The notes under the pieces: generated by a model
What the model saw: the letters and a program-made list of their open reading frames with translations, nothing else
Told to the model about the DNA's origin: nothing
Databases searched by the model: none
Source: an uncultured bacterium
Lineage (GTDB): Bacteria; Krumholzibacteriota; Krumholzibacteriia; JACNKJ01
Direction: 5' to 3'
Assembly: GCA_964440095.1 (NCBI GenBank)
Contig: CAYTPZ010000007.1
Span: 838-64,837, forward strand
Length of the DNA: 64,000 bases
Part shown: piece by piece, positions 63,985 to 64,000 of the stretch
Numbering within the stretch: the first letter of the stretch is position 1
Layout of the letters: the number at the start of each line of letters is the position of its first letter
Translations under genes and position numbers: made by a program

Positions 63985-64000
63985 GACCCGCTAGCTCAGT
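63985..64000 (+). tRNA. 5' end of a probable tRNA truncated by the window edge (identity unknown, Lys-like start)
   Basis: GACCCGC-TAGCTCAGT matches an acceptor strand followed by the conserved TAGCTCAG D-arm start. Only 16 nt are visible. Confidence 0.6.

Overview
Roughly 60% GC bacterial chromosome segment from a diderm. The lineage is inferred to be FCB-adjacent and probably uncultured (Krumholzibacteriota/Latescibacterota/Eisenbacteria-like): it has PorV-type barrels, FlgD/T9SS-like C-terminal domains and WGxxKxLY tails, but TTGACA-type rather than Bacteroidota-type promoters. Most of the window is housekeeping: rplM-rpsI-rpsB-tsf-pyrH-frr-uppS-cdsA-dxr-rseP, uvrD/pcrA, gatCAB, tRNA-Leu-tig-clpP-clpX-lon-engB, purA, and the 5' end of a second tRNA. 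A split methylmalonyl-CoA mutase / propionyl-CoA carboxylase cluster and a CUT1 ABC transporter are also present. The strongest candidate for an undescribed system is the envelope cassette at 1-9759: a TonB-dependent receptor, a PorV-like barrel, two lipoproteins and two CTD-bearing secreted proteins, none with a recognisable catalytic domain. Next is an operon at 19031-27840 encoding TamA-like, TamB-like and metalloprotease-propeller-Omp85 proteins. Other oddities are a ScpB-like crotonase, a strongly expressed dockerin-like secreted protein, a candidate C-terminal sorting tail, and a low-GC toxin-antitoxin module bounded by 12-bp direct repeats. There are also several structured intergenic elements: a REP-like doublet, L13- and S2-type leaders, a 120-nt rod upstream of uvrD, hexamer and heptamer inverted arrays, and about 64-bp tandem repeats before the terminal tRNA. 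No CRISPR array, rRNA, transposase or integrase is visible. All family assignments come from motif recognition by eye; no database searches were run.
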